Below, one piece after another: positions 30,070 to 32,000 of a stretch of DNA of 32,000 bases. Every line of letters begins with the position of its first letter. The stretch's first letter is position 1. The notes beneath the pieces are model-generated. The model saw nothing but the letters and a program-made list of their open reading frames with translations, was not told the origin of the DNA and did no database searches. The translations under genes were made by a program, and so were the position numbers. The stretch is from the NCBI RefSeq assembly GCF_000185985.2, contig NC_014909.2, positions 510,001 through 542,000 of the forward strand, in the 5' to 3' direction. The DNA is from Candidatus Saccharimonadota bacterium. GTDB taxonomy: Bacteria; Pseudomonadota; Gammaproteobacteria; Enterobacterales; Enterobacteriaceae.

Positions 30070-30110
30070 AAATTTAATTAAATAATGATACAATTTATTT
30101 AATTAAATTT
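30070..30110. repeat. 16-bp perfect A/T-only inverted repeat with 9-nt loop between ubiG and nrdA
   Basis: aaatttaattaaataa (30070-30085) is the exact reverse complement of ttatttaattaaattt (30095-30110), and the loop is tgatacaat. The element is 140 nt after the ubiG stop and 200 nt before the nrdA ATG. It contains only A and T, so both its stability and its statistical significance are modest. Confidence 0.5.
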
Positions 30111-30309
30111 ATTACAATTTTTATATAAATACTTGTTCTACACCTACTATAACAATAGTAAAAATTATTTTATATTTAAAAAGCAATAACATATGATTAA
30201 ATAACTAAAAAAATTTAAACTACTTCCTCATCAATATAAAATTTTACTTGATTAAATTAACATTATTAATTATTTATTAATATATAACTAAATAAGGAAA
30301 TATATCAGT

Positions 30310-32000
30310 ATGAATCAAACTTTACTAGTTACTAAACGAGATGGACATCATGAGCCTATTAATTTAGAAAAAATTCATCGCGTAATTAATTGGGCAGCTC
30401 AAGGTTTAGAAAAAATTTCAGTTTCACAAGTTGAATTACGTTCTCATATACAATTTTACAATGGAATAAAAACTTCTGATATTCAAGAAACTATTATCAA
30501 AGCAGCTGCAGATTTAATCTCTAAAGAAGAACCAGATTATCAATATTTAGCAGCGCGTTTATCAGTATTTCACCTACGTAAAAAAGCATATGGACAATTT
30601 GAACCACCTAAACTTTATGATCACGTATTACGACTTGTAAAAATTGGCAAATACGACAAACATTTACTAAACGATTATACTCATAACGAATTTGAACAAA
30701 TGGATACATTTATCGATCATTGGAGAGATATGAATTTTTCATATGCTGCAATTAAACAACTAGAAGGAAAATATTTAGTTCAAAATCGAGTAACTGGAGA
30801 AATTTACGAAAGTGCTCAATTCTTATATATATTAACCGCAGCATGTTTATTTGCTAAATATCCTAAAAATACTAGAATGGACTATATAAAAAAATTTTAT
30901 AATGCAATATCAACATTTAAAATTTCTTTAGCAACTCCCATTATGTCTGGAGTACGTACTCCAACACGACAATTTAGTTCTTGTGTATTGATTGAATGCG
31001 ATGACAGTCTTGACTCTATTAATGCTACATCTAGTGCCATTGTAAAATATGTTGCACAACGTGCAGGGATCGGTATTAACGCTGGGCGAATTAGAGCAAT
31101 AGGTAGTCCGATACGAAATGGAGAAGCATTTCATACAGGATGTATCCCTTTTTATAAACATTTTCAAACAGCTGTTAAATCATGTTCTCAAGGAGGAGTA
31201 AGAGGTGGAGCAGCCACTTTATTTTACCCTATCTGGCATTTAGAGATTGAAAACCTATTAGTTCTAAAAAATAATAGAGGGGTAGAATCTAATAGAATAC
31301 GACATTTAGATTATGGAGTTCAAATTAATAAATTAATGTATCAACGCCTTATAACAGGAAAACATATCACATTATTTAGTCCAGCTGATGTGCCAGATCT
31401 ATATGAATCTTTTTTTTCCGATCAAAATTTATTTGATTATTTATATCACAAATACGAAAATGATCATAAAATCCGACAATTAAAAATTAAAGCAATAGAA
31501 TTATTTTCTTTAATGATGCAAGAACGCGCTTCTACCGGAAGAATTTATATTCAACATACAGACCATTGTAATACTCATAGTCCGTTTAATAGCGCTCTTG
31601 CTCCAATTCGTCAATCTAATTTATGCTTGGAAATAACATTGCCAACTAAACCATTAAATAATATTAATGATACGAATGGAGAAATAGCTCTATGCACATT
31701 ATCTGCTTTTAATCTCGGTAACCTCAACAATTTAGATGATTTATCTGAACTTTCCACTTTAATCGTACGTGCACTAGATGCCTTATTAGATTATCAAAGC
31801 TACCCTGTATTAGCTGCTCAATACAGCGCTAAAAATCGTCGATCTTTAGGAATAGGAGTAATCAATTATGCCTATTATTTAGCAAAACATGGAGTACGCT
31901 ACTCAGATGGCAGCGCAAATACACTAACTCACCACACATTTGAAGCTATTCAATATTATTTATTAAAAGCTTCTAATTTGTTAGCTAAAGAAAAAGGGGC
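30310..32000 (+). CDS. nrdA: ribonucleoside-diphosphate reductase 1, alpha subunit (class Ia), N-terminal ~563 codons; continues past the right edge
   Basis: Absent from the ORF track because it has no in-window stop. Hand translation from ATG 30310 gives MNQTLLVTKRDGHHEPINLEKIHRVINWAAQGLEKISVSQVELRSHIQFYNGIKTSDIQETIIKAAADLIS..PDYQYLAARL (the ATP cone). It continues through ISLATPIMSGVRTPTRQFSSCVLIECDDSLDSINATSSAIVKYV..RAGIGINAGRIRA.GSPIR.GEAFHTGCIPFYKHFQTAVKSCSQGGVRGGAATLFYP.WHLE. This is near-identical to E. coli NrdA, and the frame is open to position 32000. Confidence 0.96.
   Translation, partial: MNQTLLVTKRDGHHEPINLEKIHRVINWAAQGLEKISVSQVELRSHIQFYNGIKTSDIQETIIKAAADLISKEEPDYQYLAARLSVFHLRKKAYGQFEPPKLYDHVLRLVKIGKYDKHLLNDYTHNEFEQMDTFIDHWRDMNFSYAAIKQLEGKYLVQNRVTGEIYESAQFLYILTAACLFAKYPKNTRMDYIKKFYNAISTFKISLATPIMSGVRTPTRQFSSCVLIECDDSLDSINATSSAIVKYVAQRAGIGINAGRIRAIGSPIRNGEAFHTGCIPFYKHFQTAVKSCSQGGVRGGAATLFYPIWHLEIENLLVLKNNRGVESNRIRHLDYGVQINKLMYQRLITGKHITLFSPADVPDLYESFFSDQNLFDYLYHKYENDHKIRQLKIKAIELFSLMMQERASTGRIYIQHTDHCNTHSPFNSALAPIRQSNLCLEITLPTKPLNNINDTNGEIALCTLSAFNLGNLNNLDDLSELSTLIVRALDALLDYQSYPVLAAQYSAKNRRSLGIGVINYAYYLAKHGVRYSDGSANTLTHHTFEAIQYYLLKASNLLAKEKG

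Noticed and set aside
30928-31167. 79-aa minus-strand ORF
   Set aside because: It is antisense to the most conserved part of nrdA. The track omitted nrdA only because it has no stop codon in the window.
1-32000. Search for CRISPR arrays, transposases or IS ends, integrases, phage genes, toxin-antitoxin or defence-system-like gene clusters, and long direct repeats
   Set aside because: None seen. Every ORF of 100 aa or more is either a recognisable housekeeping gene or a discarded shadow ORF (the antisense ORFs at 11306-11644 and 14371-14679). The spacers contain only low-complexity A/T sequence plus the inverted repeats listed above. I therefore do not claim a novel system in this window.

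Overview
This is a very AT-rich window (by eye well under 30% GC, not computed). It is gene-dense, with no mobile DNA, CRISPR array or accessory island. All long ORFs are conserved gammaproteobacterial housekeeping genes with close full-length similarity to E. coli proteins as I recall them. The composition, the loss of regulatory features and the retained amino-acid biosynthesis fit a reduced-genome Enterobacterales insect endosymbiont. It looks Blochmannia-like, but I cannot assign the taxon from sequence alone.

Content, left to right:
- aspS (partial), argS, murJ and mdtH
- a three-gene tRNA cluster: Ser-GGA, Ser-CGA and Asn-GUU
- a gutQ-type arabinose-5-phosphate isomerase, yeeX and sbcB
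- a complete hisGDCBHAFI operon
- gnd, a C-terminally short metG, folE, rplY and ddlA
- an OmpC/OmpF-family porin, gyrA, ubiG and nrdA (partial)

I found no candidate for a novel multi-gene system and no ORF of unknown family apart from yeeX (UPF0265).

Observations worth a second look are modest:
- The window keeps the gene order and strand of the E. coli aspS-to-nrdA arc in collapsed form, interrupted by a few relocated genes.
- One tRNA-Ser has an A73 discriminator, and two of the three tRNA genes do not encode CCA.
- The his leader/attenuator appears to be lost.
- Several statistically unlikely perfect inverted repeats lie in intergenic DNA, notably a 25-bp one downstream of the porin gene.
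- MetRS and GyrA both have trimmed C-termini.
- Many in-frame homopolymer tracts of 9-10 nt sit inside genes.

Seven ORFs in the supplied track are antisense or tRNA-overlapping artefacts.
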